From Polyangiaceae bacterium (lineage in GTDB: Bacteria; Myxococcota_A; Polyangia; Polyangiales; Polyangiaceae), in the NCBI GenBank assembly GCA_036263015.1, contig DATAHU010000213.1, positions 7,683 through 71,682 of the forward strand: 64,000 bases of DNA. The letters run 5' to 3'. The position numbers and the translations under genes were made by a program. The notes beneath the pieces are model-generated. The model did no database searches and was not told the origin of the DNA. It saw nothing but the letters and a program-made list of their open reading frames with translations. Numbering within the stretch: position 1 is the stretch's first letter; the number at the start of each line of letters is the position of its first letter. This document shows, piece after piece, positions 19,004 through 27,328 of the stretch.

Positions 19004-19620
19004 TGGCAGCTGCCAAGAAGAGCACACTCGGGCGACTCGGATTGCCGGGGCGCATCGGCATCGGGGTCGTCCTCTTGGCGTTACCTCTTGCCGTCTACTT
19101 CATCATCTTCGACAGCGAGATCCAATCGGAGATCGACGCGGCGGCCAACAAGAATCAGAAGCTGCAATTCGATCTGAAACAAGCGCAGGCTGCCGAAGCG
19201 CTGTATCAACAGGATCTGCAAGAGTTGGCAGAGCGCGAGCGAAATAAGCGCGAATTGATGAAGGTCTTGCCGGTGTCTACCGAGTACCCGGCGTTTCTGA
19301 GCGCGATTCAGAGCGTTGCCAACCTCGTCGGTGTCGAACTCAGGGCATGGACGCCACTCGAAGAAGTGCCAGAAGAGTTCTATGCGCGCGTGCCCATGAA
19401 AGTCGAGCTCGGCGGGCGCTTCCACCAGATCGCGAAGTTCCTCTACAACGTCGGCCAGCTCGAGCGCATCATCAACATGGAGAACCTCTCCATCACGCTC
19501 GGCCCCGCGACAGACCAAGAGACGGTGCTGAACGTCAGCGTACTGGCCACGGCATTTCACGCGTTGGACGAATCTGCAGCCGCGGGTAATCCCGAAGCTC
19601 GTCGACGGAGGGACCGATGA
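19003..19620 (+). CDS. pilO: Type IV pilus assembly protein PilO
   Basis: 205 aa. Single N-terminal TM, then a coiled-coil and a ferredoxin-like C-terminus. Its position falls between pilN and pilP, with start/stop overlap on both sides. Confidence 0.8.
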   Translation: MAAAKKSTLGRLGLPGRIGIGVVLLALPLAVYFIIFDSEIQSEIDAAANKNQKLQFDLKQAQAAEALYQQDLQELAERERNKRELMKVLPVSTEYPAFLSAIQSVANLVGVELRAWTPLEEVPEEFYARVPMKVELGGRFHQIAKFLYNVGQLERIINMENLSITLGPATDQETVLNVSVLATAFHALDESAAAGNPEARRRRDR

Positions 19621-20228
19621 ACTCGTTCACGAGCCGCGCGATCCTGTGCAGTGCGCTGCTAGCTGCTTGCTCGGAGACCCCCGTCAACCAAGGCAGTGCC
19701 CCGACCGCGTTTCCGGGACCCAAGCCAAACGCACCGCAAGCTGCCCCAGGCGCCGCGCCCGCAGCCGAGGCGTCCGTTGTGTTACCGCCCAAGGCGGACT
19801 TCACCGAGGAAGACTTCGCGGAGAGTGATCACAACCGCGATCCCTTCAGATCCTATCAGGATCTGTTCGTCGAACATCCCGTCGCGCAGCAGATGGTCAA
19901 GCAGCCCGTGGTGCTGGAGAACTTCGCTCTCGACGACTTGAAGCTGATCGGCGTGGTTACCGGTATCGTCCCAGCGAAGGCGATGCTCGTCGACCCCGGG
20001 GGCAAAGGTCACGTCATCCAGCGCAATGACCTCGTTGGCCGTGCCGAGCGGGTTCAATCCGGCTCGTCGAACACGGAGTATCAGATCAACTGGCGCGTCG
20101 ATCAGATCCGCGAGTCGGACGTCGTGTTCGTGCGCGAGGATCCATCGAATCCCGACGTTCCCAGCGCAACCCGCGTGATCGCTCTTCGGACCAAAGAAGA
20201 AGAGCAAGAGCTCAACCAGCCGAACTGA
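19617..20228 (+). CDS. pilP: Type IV pilus assembly lipoprotein PilP
   Basis: 203 aa. Lipobox ALLAACSE. It has a Pro/Ala-rich linker and a beta-rich C-terminus. It overlaps pilO as ATGA. Confidence 0.75.
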   Translation: MNSFTSRAILCSALLAACSETPVNQGSAPTAFPGPKPNAPQAAPGAAPAAEASVVLPPKADFTEEDFAESDHNRDPFRSYQDLFVEHPVAQQMVKQPVVLENFALDDLKLIGVVTGIVPAKAMLVDPGGKGHVIQRNDLVGRAERVQSGSSNTEYQINWRVDQIRESDVVFVREDPSNPDVPSATRVIALRTKEEEQELNQPN

Positions 20229-20357
20229 GACGGGCGCGCCCGTGCGTGTCACTGGTGCACGAAGCGCTGGGTCTGTGCGTACTGGCTTCCGCCCCCAACC
20301 TGGAAAAGGCGACCGGTAATTTGGTTGGGTTGTCTAGGGGTTGCTACGGTGCGAAAG

Positions 20358-22751
20358 ATGTTTGCTTGGTACGCTCGCATGACCCGTTCGCGCCGAACTC
20401 GTGCTGCCCGCCGCTCGATTTCGCTTCTCGCGCTGGCGGCGTGCCTCGGATCGGTGCCCGCGCACGCGGAACCGCTGAGTCGGTTCGCGACCAGCATGCA
20501 CGTGCAAGGGGATGCGGCGAGCACGCTTCTCGTCGTCGACTTCACCAGTCCCCCGACGTATAGCGCGCGCTACGTCAAAGCTCAGCGACGGCTGATTGTC
20601 GACATCAACGGCAGCGGCGTCAAAGGCGCACCCCCGGCACTGAGCGCCCCGAAAGGCTTGGTCGCGGGGGCGATGCTGCAAGAGTTCAAATCGGGCAACT
20701 CTTCCACCACACGCCTGATCGTGAGCTTGGACAAGGATGCGCCTTACGCCGTATCGAGCGTCGGCAATTCGCTGCAAGTCAGGCTCGGCCAGGGCGACAC
20801 TACGGCCAAGGCGAACGCTCCTGCTAGCCCTGTGAAACGCGCGGGCGCAGCCGGCGACAAGGTCAACAGTCGTGTGCGCACAGTCAACTTCTCGAAGCAC
20901 GGCGTGGAAGAGCGCGTCAGCATCGAGCTTGGCTCCGCGTGTCGTTACGAGCAACGACGCGTCAATCCAACGACGACGCGGCTTGAATTGCAGAACACGG
21001 AGCTGCCGAGCGAATTGCAGCGCGCCCTCGACGTCCGCGCGTTTGGCGGCGGAGTGAGCCTCGTCTCGACGTACGCGACGAACGACGGCCGCGTGATTCT
21101 CGAAGTCGAGCACGGCGAGCGCGTCGAGTCGCGCATCGAGCGCCGGGGTAGCGTGTTGCTTTGGTCATTTTTCGAGGGCACGGTTCCCTCCAGCGTGAGC
21201 GGTCTTGCTTTGGACGGCAAAGTCGCACGCAAGACGCGCACCATCTTCACCGAGCCCGGGCTGTTGCAGCCCGAATCGGACGAGGCGAATCGCTTGGTCG
21301 TTGCCGAAGACGATAGCGCACAGCCGACCCAAGACCTCGCAGCGGATACGAAGAGCGCGGCAACCGCGGACGAGTCCGAGGCACACGTCGTGACGCGCAC
21401 GCCAGAACAAGCCGCAGCCTACGAGGGCACGGGCAATGGACCTGGCCACTACACGGGCCGTCGCGTCGACCTCGACTTCAAGGATGCCGACATCCACAAC
21501 GTGCTGCGCCTGTTGGCCGACACGGGGCGGGTGAACATCGTCGCCGCCGACAACGTTGCCGGTTCGGTCACGATTCGCATGAAGAACGTGCCTTGGGACC
21601 AAGCACTCGACGTCGTGTTGCAAGCGAAGAGCCTGGGCATGGACCGCCGGGGCAACATCATTCGCGTTGCGCCCCAGGCCGATTTGGAGAAGGAGCGCGA
21701 AATGCAGATCGCGCGGCGCCAACAAGAGTTGCAGTTGGCACCGCTCGAGACGCGCTTGATCCCGATCAGCTATGCGCAAGCTGCGCAGATCCAGGCTCGC
21801 GCTCACGATCTGTTGTCCGCACGCGGCTCGATCGCCGTCGATGCGCGCACCAACGTGTTGATCGTGCGCGACGTGGCTGGCAACCTCGATCAGATCGAAG
21901 AGCTCACTCGCTCGCTCGATACCCAGACGCCGCAGGTGTTGATCGAAGCGCGCATCGTAGAAGCCACGAGCCGCTATCTGCACAGCGTGGGTATCCAGTG
22001 GGGTGGGGACGCGAGCTTCAGCGCGTCCAGCGGTAATCCGACGGGTCTAGCATTCCCCAGTTCGGTGGGCCTCGCGGGCGGTGCAACCGACGCCAACACG
22101 CCCACGGCGGGTCTCTCCCCATTCCAGGCCCGCGTCGCCAACCCCAACTTCGCAGTCAACCTGCCAGCGACGGTCGGTCAGGGTTCGGGTGGTGCGTTGG
22201 GTCTGACGCTCGGTTCAGTCGACAGCAACTTCAACTTGGCGTTGCGTCTGTCTGCTGCGGAAGCGAGCGGTATGTTGCGGATCCTTTCGAGTCCGCGCGT
22301 CTTGACGCTGGACAACACCGAAGCGCGCATCAGTCAGGGTACGTTGATCCCGTTCAGCCAAGTCAGCGCGCAGGGCGTTCAAACGACCTTCCAAGAAGCC
22401 AAGCTGCAGCTGCTCGTGCAGCCCCACGTCACGGCCGATGGCAGCGTCAGCATGCACGTGAAGATCAACCGCGACGAGCCCGACTTCAACCAAACGTCAC
22501 CACGCGGTGATCCCACGATCTTGAAGCGCGAAGCCGAGACCGAGCTCTTGGTGATGGACGGTCACACTGCAGTGATCGGCGGCATCTTCACCCGCAACAC
22601 CGGTCGCAACGTCGACCAGGTGCCGTTCTTCGGTGACATTCCGCTCTTGGGCTTGCTGTTCCAGAAGCGCACGGCGAGCGACACGCGCGGGGAGCTCGTG
22701 ATCTTCTTGACCCCGCGGATCGTCAATCGCGCTGAAGCGCTTGGCCGCTAG
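20358..22751 (+). CDS. pilQ: Type IV pilus secretin PilQ
   Basis: It has N-terminal AMIN-like repeats (LLVVDFTSPPTYSARY...LIVDINGS). The C-terminal secretin core is GGIFTRNTGRNVDQVPFFGDIPLLGLLFQKR...LVIFLTPRIV. The start is uncertain: TTG 20325, ATG 20358 or ATG 20379. Confidence 0.9.
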   Translation: MFAWYARMTRSRRTRAARRSISLLALAACLGSVPAHAEPLSRFATSMHVQGDAASTLLVVDFTSPPTYSARYVKAQRRLIVDINGSGVKGAPPALSAPKGLVAGAMLQEFKSGNSSTTRLIVSLDKDAPYAVSSVGNSLQVRLGQGDTTAKANAPASPVKRAGAAGDKVNSRVRTVNFSKHGVEERVSIELGSACRYEQRRVNPTTTRLELQNTELPSELQRALDVRAFGGGVSLVSTYATNDGRVILEVEHGERVESRIERRGSVLLWSFFEGTVPSSVSGLALDGKVARKTRTIFTEPGLLQPESDEANRLVVAEDDSAQPTQDLAADTKSAATADESEAHVVTRTPEQAAAYEGTGNGPGHYTGRRVDLDFKDADIHNVLRLLADTGRVNIVAADNVAGSVTIRMKNVPWDQALDVVLQAKSLGMDRRGNIIRVAPQADLEKEREMQIARRQQELQLAPLETRLIPISYAQAAQIQARAHDLLSARGSIAVDARTNVLIVRDVAGNLDQIEELTRSLDTQTPQVLIEARIVEATSRYLHSVGIQWGGDASFSASSGNPTGLAFPSSVGLAGGATDANTPTAGLSPFQARVANPNFAVNLPATVGQGSGGALGLTLGSVDSNFNLALRLSAAEASGMLRILSSPRVLTLDNTEARISQGTLIPFSQVSAQGVQTTFQEAKLQLLVQPHVTADGSVSMHVKINRDEPDFNQTSPRGDPTILKREAETELLVMDGHTAVIGGIFTRNTGRNVDQVPFFGDIPLLGLLFQKRTASDTRGELVIFLTPRIVNRAEALGR

Positions 22752-22806
22752 GGCCTGTGAGCCACTAGCGGTCGTGAGTTAAGCGAGCCCGTTGGGCCAA
22801 CGGGTA

Positions 22807-23025
22807 TCAGCGACCGGCGCGACGACGCGACGCAAACATGACCGCCGCGCCCAGCAGCACGACGGTGGCCGCGCTTCCCGCGCTGCGGCTGAGCTCAGGC
22901 GCGCGTGTAACTGCACCTGGGGTACCCGCTGGATTCGGATGAGGGACGGCGCCTGCGTTTGCACCCGCCAGAACGGTGACGGTTGCGATTGCGAAAGCCG
23001 AGGTGATACGTTGAAAGCGAGTCAT
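22807..23025 (-). CDS. 72-aa secreted mini-protein with a PEP-CTERM-like C-terminal sorting tail (putative exosortase substrate)
   Basis: SD AGGAG lies 7 nt before the ATG. Signal peptide MTRFQRITSAFAIATVTVLAGANA. Pro/Gly-rich core GAVPHPNPAGTPGAVTR. The tail is APELS, then hydrophobic SAGSAATVVLLGAAVMFA, then SRRRAGR. The gene lies 140 bp downstream of an exosortase-type gene. Confidence 0.65.
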   Translation of the reverse strand: MTRFQRITSAFAIATVTVLAGANAGAVPHPNPAGTPGAVTRAPELSRSAGSAATVVLLGAAVMFASRRRAGR

Positions 23026-23165
23026 ATGGGGGCTCCTGTGCGGTTGGCGGACACTACCACGCAGCTCGGGCGCCGCAAGCCGAGCCGCTCACCGTCAAGG
23101 CGCGGTGTGCCGAAAGGGAAGCCCTAACACACCCTTGGTACAGGTCTCAAACTGGAGATCCGTGC

Positions 23166-24782
23166 TTAGAGCCAGGACGTCCAATCATGGGTCAGCACGC
23201 CGTGAACCAACAAGGCCGCATTCGTGGTCGCGTGAGCGATCACTGCCTCACGCAGGCCACCCGTCCAACGCGCTAGCAACCCATAGAGCAAGCCCACGAC
23301 CAGCGCGGCTGAGGTCGCGTCGTGTAACAGCGCGAAAAGCAGGGCAGAAAGCAGGATCGTCCAAATCGGGGTGTGTTCATATGCGACCGCTTCGAAGCGG
23401 CGAGCGACGAGTCGGCGCGGGATGTAACCGCGGAACGCGAGCTCCTCCGCGATCGGGATCGTCAACACTGAGCCAAGTGCGCGAAAAACAAACCATATGC
23501 CGCGCTCCGGCTGAGTGAGGCTCGCGAGCTGTCCGCTGAAGACCGCCAGGCGTTCTGGATCGGCCAAGGGCTGGAGCCAGAGCCAGACTCCGCATGCGAA
23601 CAAACCGCAAGCCACGCTTCTGAGCTGGATCCCAGCGATTAAGTCTTTGAAATCAAAGCGCTGCAGACTGAGCACGAGCAGTGTCGCGATGACGCCCAAG
23701 GGGTAGAGGCGATCGAGCGGTTCGAAAACCAACCCCGTCAACAGCGAGACCCCACTGGCCACGACGATCGGCAAGAGGAACCGAGCCGTCTCTTGGGCGT
23801 GCCCAGATAGCGGGGCTTCTTGCGGCTTGGAGCCTGTTCGGATCGCTGCCACGCGGTTGACGACCGCCACCCCAACGAGACCCGCGCCACAGAACAACAG
23901 CCAACCCGCTTTCGAATGGAATGCGCCGGCAGCGAGGCTCGGAGATACCCGCGCACCGAGCCACGTCAGCGTCGCGATGCGCGCGATATTTGCACTCCAG
24001 ACGCCTGCGACGGCTGCCGGCAAAACCAGGCACGCCCGCCACAGCACCAGTTCTCGGCGCATCAAGGCGATGTACCCTCCGAGGAACCCGATCATCAGGC
24101 CAACTCCCTCGTAACCTGAACATACGGGGGCAATATCGACACCGAAGTCATCGAGCCAAACTTCGTTGCCCGGCCCGCGCTCTGGGGACTGACCCACGAC
24201 TCTGAGCGTTCCAATCACGGCGTTTAGGACGACGCCGCTGTGTCGCGACCAGAGCGCTCGGGTCGCGAGCCCGCCCAGCGCCGAAAACAACGCTACCCCC
24301 GCCACGGGCAACCAGGTCGGCGCGCTCGCTAGCACGCTTCGAAATGTAAACTTGGGCCACGCCCAATGGGTTCGTCCGTAGATCCAAACAAGCCCGGCGA
24401 CGAACCAGGCGGCGAACAGAGCCGAGCTCGGTGGCAGGGGCGTCAGGACACTGCGCGACAACCAGTAGAAGACGGCAAATGCGACGCAGCCGAGCGCGAA
24501 CTCCGCGTACAAGGCACGCTTCGATTGGGTTTGATGGACCAGCCCTCGAGCAGCATTCTCGAGGCCCAAACGACCACGCAGCGCGACTATCGCGGCGAAC
24601 AAGATGAATAGTAGCGGGGCCTCGTCACCCGCGTCCCCGAGCTTCGACCAGAGCCGGTCGTGGTTTCTCAGGGTCGCCACGTCGAACGAAAGACTGAGGC
24701 AGACGTACTCGGCGAACACGAGGACGAGCGAGAGGATTCCGATCCGGGGAAATCGTGCCCACCAACGTCTAGGTTCGTTCAT
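23166..24782 (-). CDS. Exosortase-family domain fused to a CPBP (CAAX/Abi) intramembrane glutamic protease domain
   Basis: 538-aa polytopic protein. Exosortase motifs occur in order: DIAPVCSGYEG (Cys), SANIARIATL (Asn/Arg), GAFHSKAGWLLF (His). C-terminal CPBP motifs: EELAFRG, LFALLHD, HATTNA. Confidence 0.8.
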   Translation of the reverse strand: MNEPRRWWARFPRIGILSLVLVFAEYVCLSLSFDVATLRNHDRLWSKLGDAGDEAPLLFILFAAIVALRGRLGLENAARGLVHQTQSKRALYAEFALGCVAFAVFYWLSRSVLTPLPPSSALFAAWFVAGLVWIYGRTHWAWPKFTFRSVLASAPTWLPVAGVALFSALGGLATRALWSRHSGVVLNAVIGTLRVVGQSPERGPGNEVWLDDFGVDIAPVCSGYEGVGLMIGFLGGYIALMRRELVLWRACLVLPAAVAGVWSANIARIATLTWLGARVSPSLAAGAFHSKAGWLLFCGAGLVGVAVVNRVAAIRTGSKPQEAPLSGHAQETARFLLPIVVASGVSLLTGLVFEPLDRLYPLGVIATLLVLSLQRFDFKDLIAGIQLRSVACGLFACGVWLWLQPLADPERLAVFSGQLASLTQPERGIWFVFRALGSVLTIPIAEELAFRGYIPRRLVARRFEAVAYEHTPIWTILLSALLFALLHDATSAALVVGLLYGLLARWTGGLREAVIAHATTNAALLVHGVLTHDWTSWL

Positions 24783-24856
24783 GAGTTGGAGCTCACGACT
24801 GAGTTTGGATTCGGAAACTGCTGCAGACGTGCAACGCGTCCGCCTAACTCTGCCGC

Positions 24857-26035
24857 CTACTTGTTACAGGGTGCGGCTCCGAAGACCGCGTCGCAAGCTT
24901 CCTTGTCCGATGCCGCCAAACTGGCATGGTAGATGCGGCACTGCACGGTCTTGCCGCTGGCCGCCGTCAATGCCGTATAGCCGGAGTCTTTGCCTGCGCC
25001 TTCCCAACCCGCGCAGGTGCTTCGGCAAGTGTCGTCGTCCGCAAAGGCCTCGTTGTACGCGTCTTCGCAGGCAGCCTTTGCCAGTGAACAATAGGTCACG
25101 CAGTTGTCCGCGCCGCAGTGTCCGTCGCCTGCAGGTCCGGCGTGTGGGCAGTGGGTTTGCGCGCTCTCGAGAGACGCGTACGCGTGATAGACGCGACAAC
25201 CGAGCGTATTCTCTTTGCGATCTGCGCCGGTGCCCTTCTCGAAGAGTTCGCAAGTATCGAGGCACTGTTGCTCGTTGTCGTAAACCGCGCTGTCACCGGT
25301 GCACGAGCGCGTGACCACGTCGCAGTACTCCTGGCAGTTGGGGATTGCGGCCGGGGGAATTCCGCAGGGACTCTGCTCGCGCGGCGTGAGGCTGGCGTGC
25401 CAGCAGTGCTCCGATGCAGCCAGATCGCCAATCGAGGCCGAGCTCAAATGCACCAGGCGACACTGCACGTTGTTCGCGTCGTGATCTTTTTTGACGTCGA
25501 ACGCGTGATGGTCGGGCAAGGCTGCGCAACGTTGCTCACATTCCTCCTGGGCAAACGTCAACTCATCGGTGCCGCCACAGATCGCGGGCTGCAGCTTACA
25601 ATACGACTCGCAGTTGTTGCCGCAGCCATCGCGACCGGCGGGTGTCGAGCCGCCAGGGCCCGCCGCGGGACAATGCACATCGGGTTCGCCGGTTTGGCCT
25701 GCGAGCAAGGCTTGTTCGTTGCGGCACGCAACCGTGTTCTGCGACTCGGTACTCTTGGCGGTAAGGGGCAGAAGTTTACAAATGCCGAGGCACGTTTCTT
25801 CCGACGCGTAGACCGCATACTCGTCGGAGCAATTTTTCATTACGTGGTCGCAATAGGCCAAGCATTCTTTGGAATCGCCGGAGGCAGGGCCTGCCTCGGC
25901 ATCGGCGTCTTTGCTGGGCTTGCTGTTGCCCTTGACGTAAGCCGCCGCCAGCTTGCTGTCGTACTTGCGTTCCTCAACGAGGCAGCCGCTCGCGAACATG
26001 GTTGCCAGCGCAACCCAGAGCCATGCATGTCGCAT
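24857..26035 (-). CDS. Cys-rich lipoprotein made of four tandem repeats of about 90 aa
   Basis: Lipobox MFASGC. The pattern C-x2-Y-C-x6-C-x12(13)-C-x3-C occurs four times (CLAYC.., CESYC.., CQEYC.., CVTYC..). Each is followed by a C-R-x-x-H ... H-C ... C-G half (e.g. GCRVYHAY...THCPHAGPAGDGHCG). The start overlaps the upstream stop (TGATG). Confidence 0.85.
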   Translation of the reverse strand: MRHAWLWVALATMFASGCLVEERKYDSKLAAAYVKGNSKPSKDADAEAGPASGDSKECLAYCDHVMKNCSDEYAVYASEETCLGICKLLPLTAKSTESQNTVACRNEQALLAGQTGEPDVHCPAAGPGGSTPAGRDGCGNNCESYCKLQPAICGGTDELTFAQEECEQRCAALPDHHAFDVKKDHDANNVQCRLVHLSSASIGDLAASEHCWHASLTPREQSPCGIPPAAIPNCQEYCDVVTRSCTGDSAVYDNEQQCLDTCELFEKGTGADRKENTLGCRVYHAYASLESAQTHCPHAGPAGDGHCGADNCVTYCSLAKAACEDAYNEAFADDDTCRSTCAGWEGAGKDSGYTALTAASGKTVQCRIYHASLAASDKEACDAVFGAAPCNK

Positions 26036-27108
26036 CAGAATAGTCCTTGTAGATTCAAGCGGGCGCCATGACTGTCGCCCTCGGGCGCGAGCCAGAACGC
26101 GCTTTGGTTTGCACGAGACGCGACGGGTGGCTCATCGTCTTGCATGGCGATGATCGCCAGCACGATCGCGGTGCCCACGCCCACGGCGCCCACGCCGTAG
26201 CCGATGTTGGCGATCAACGCCGCGTCGCGCGCATCCTTCGAGAGACTCGGTCCTTGATGATCGAAGCAGCTCGTGCCTTCGCAGTGATCCTTGGCCTGTT
26301 TATCGAGGTCCGAAGCTTTCAAACCGAAGAACACTCCGGCGCCGATGCCCGCGACGCCGATGCCGCCGCTGACCCAAGCCCAGGTCAAGTCGGCATGGTG
26401 CTGCGGCGTGGGAGCGGTATCCACCGGCGTGGCTGCCGGCGTCGGTTCCTTTGCCGGGGGCGGCGCCTGTGGCTCGGGCAGCGGTGCGGGTAATGGGTTA
26501 AGCGGGGGGATCGTCACGGTCGCCATGCCGCCACTGACGGACACGGTGATCGCCGATTGCCACGAGGCATAACCCGGCGCCGATGCCGTGAATTGGTGTT
26601 CGCCTGGATCGAGCGGAATGGGTTCGCCGAACAGTTCGGGGGCGACGCTCTGTTTGTCGCGTTCGACCTTGAAGCCCACGATCGCTGCGTTGCCTCCAAC
26701 GTCGAGGGTGATGCGCGAGAGCTTCGACTCGAGTGCGCGGGCGCGATCTCCACCGATCTGAGCCCGATCGGCTTGACCTGCTGCTGCGGCTGCAGAGGCA
26801 GCCTCGCGAAAGGTAGCCCAGGCGCTGGCGATACGGCCCGTCTTCTCGTAGCAGTCTGCCAAGTACAACAGCGTGCCTACTGCCGGATCGATGCTTTGGC
26901 TCTTCTCGAGGCGCGGGCACGCTTGTTCGGGTTTGTTCTCCTTCAACAGCCGCACGCCCTCATCGAAGAGCGTTTCGGCAGCGGCCTTGCCGCTGGCACT
27001 CTGCTGTGCGTGTGAAGGGTGAACGACTCCAAGCAAAGCCATCAAGAGCAACGGACAAGAGGCCCGGGCTCGGGGCCGCGAGACCAGTTCGAACAGCCGC
27101 TGACGCAT
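26035..27108 (-). CDS. TPR-like / PEGA-like domain membrane protein
   Basis: It has a signal-like N-terminus and a TPR-like helical segment (LFDEGVRLLKENKPEQACPRLEKSQSIDPAVGTLLYLADCYEKTGR). A PEGA-like beta segment follows (LDPGEHQFTASAPGYASWQSAITVSVSGGMATVTIPPL), then a Pro-rich linker and two TM helices. The start is uncertain: ATG 27108 or TTG 27156. Confidence 0.75.
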   Translation of the reverse strand: MRQRLFELVSRPRARASCPLLLMALLGVVHPSHAQQSASGKAAAETLFDEGVRLLKENKPEQACPRLEKSQSIDPAVGTLLYLADCYEKTGRIASAWATFREAASAAAAAGQADRAQIGGDRARALESKLSRITLDVGGNAAIVGFKVERDKQSVAPELFGEPIPLDPGEHQFTASAPGYASWQSAITVSVSGGMATVTIPPLNPLPAPLPEPQAPPPAKEPTPAATPVDTAPTPQHHADLTWAWVSGGIGVAGIGAGVFFGLKASDLDKQAKDHCEGTSCFDHQGPSLSKDARDAALIANIGYGVGAVGVGTAIVLAIIAMQDDEPPVASRANQSAFWLAPEGDSHGARLNLQGLF

Positions 27109-27230
27109 GCGCGTAAGGTACCGTGTCGATCCGAAAAACCCGAGCACAATTGGCAAGTCGCGGCGCGGCTCCGAAAAATACCGGGAGCCGCGTAGTGGCG
27201 GCGCCCGATTCAGCCTTGCCCCGCCTTCGA

Positions 27231-27288
27231 CGCGAAGCGCTGTGAACTTGCGCCTCGGTCAGCGCGAAGCGCTGTGAACTTGCGCCTC
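27231..27288. repeat. Exact 26-bp direct repeat, two copies, 32-bp period, intergenic
   Basis: cgcgaagcgctgtgaacttgcgcctc occurs at 27231..27256 and again at 27263..27288. It lies between the kinase gene stop (27329) and the TPR/PEGA gene start. Confidence 0.9.
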
Positions 27289-27328
27289 TTTCAACACAGT
27301 GCCGCAGGGCGTACTGGGCGAAGCCCAA

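Noticed and set aside
22788-22804. The palindrome cccgttgggccaacggg between the convergent pilQ and the mini-ORF.
   Set aside because: The stem is only 6-8 bp with a minimal loop and no T-run. A bidirectional terminator is possible but unsupported.
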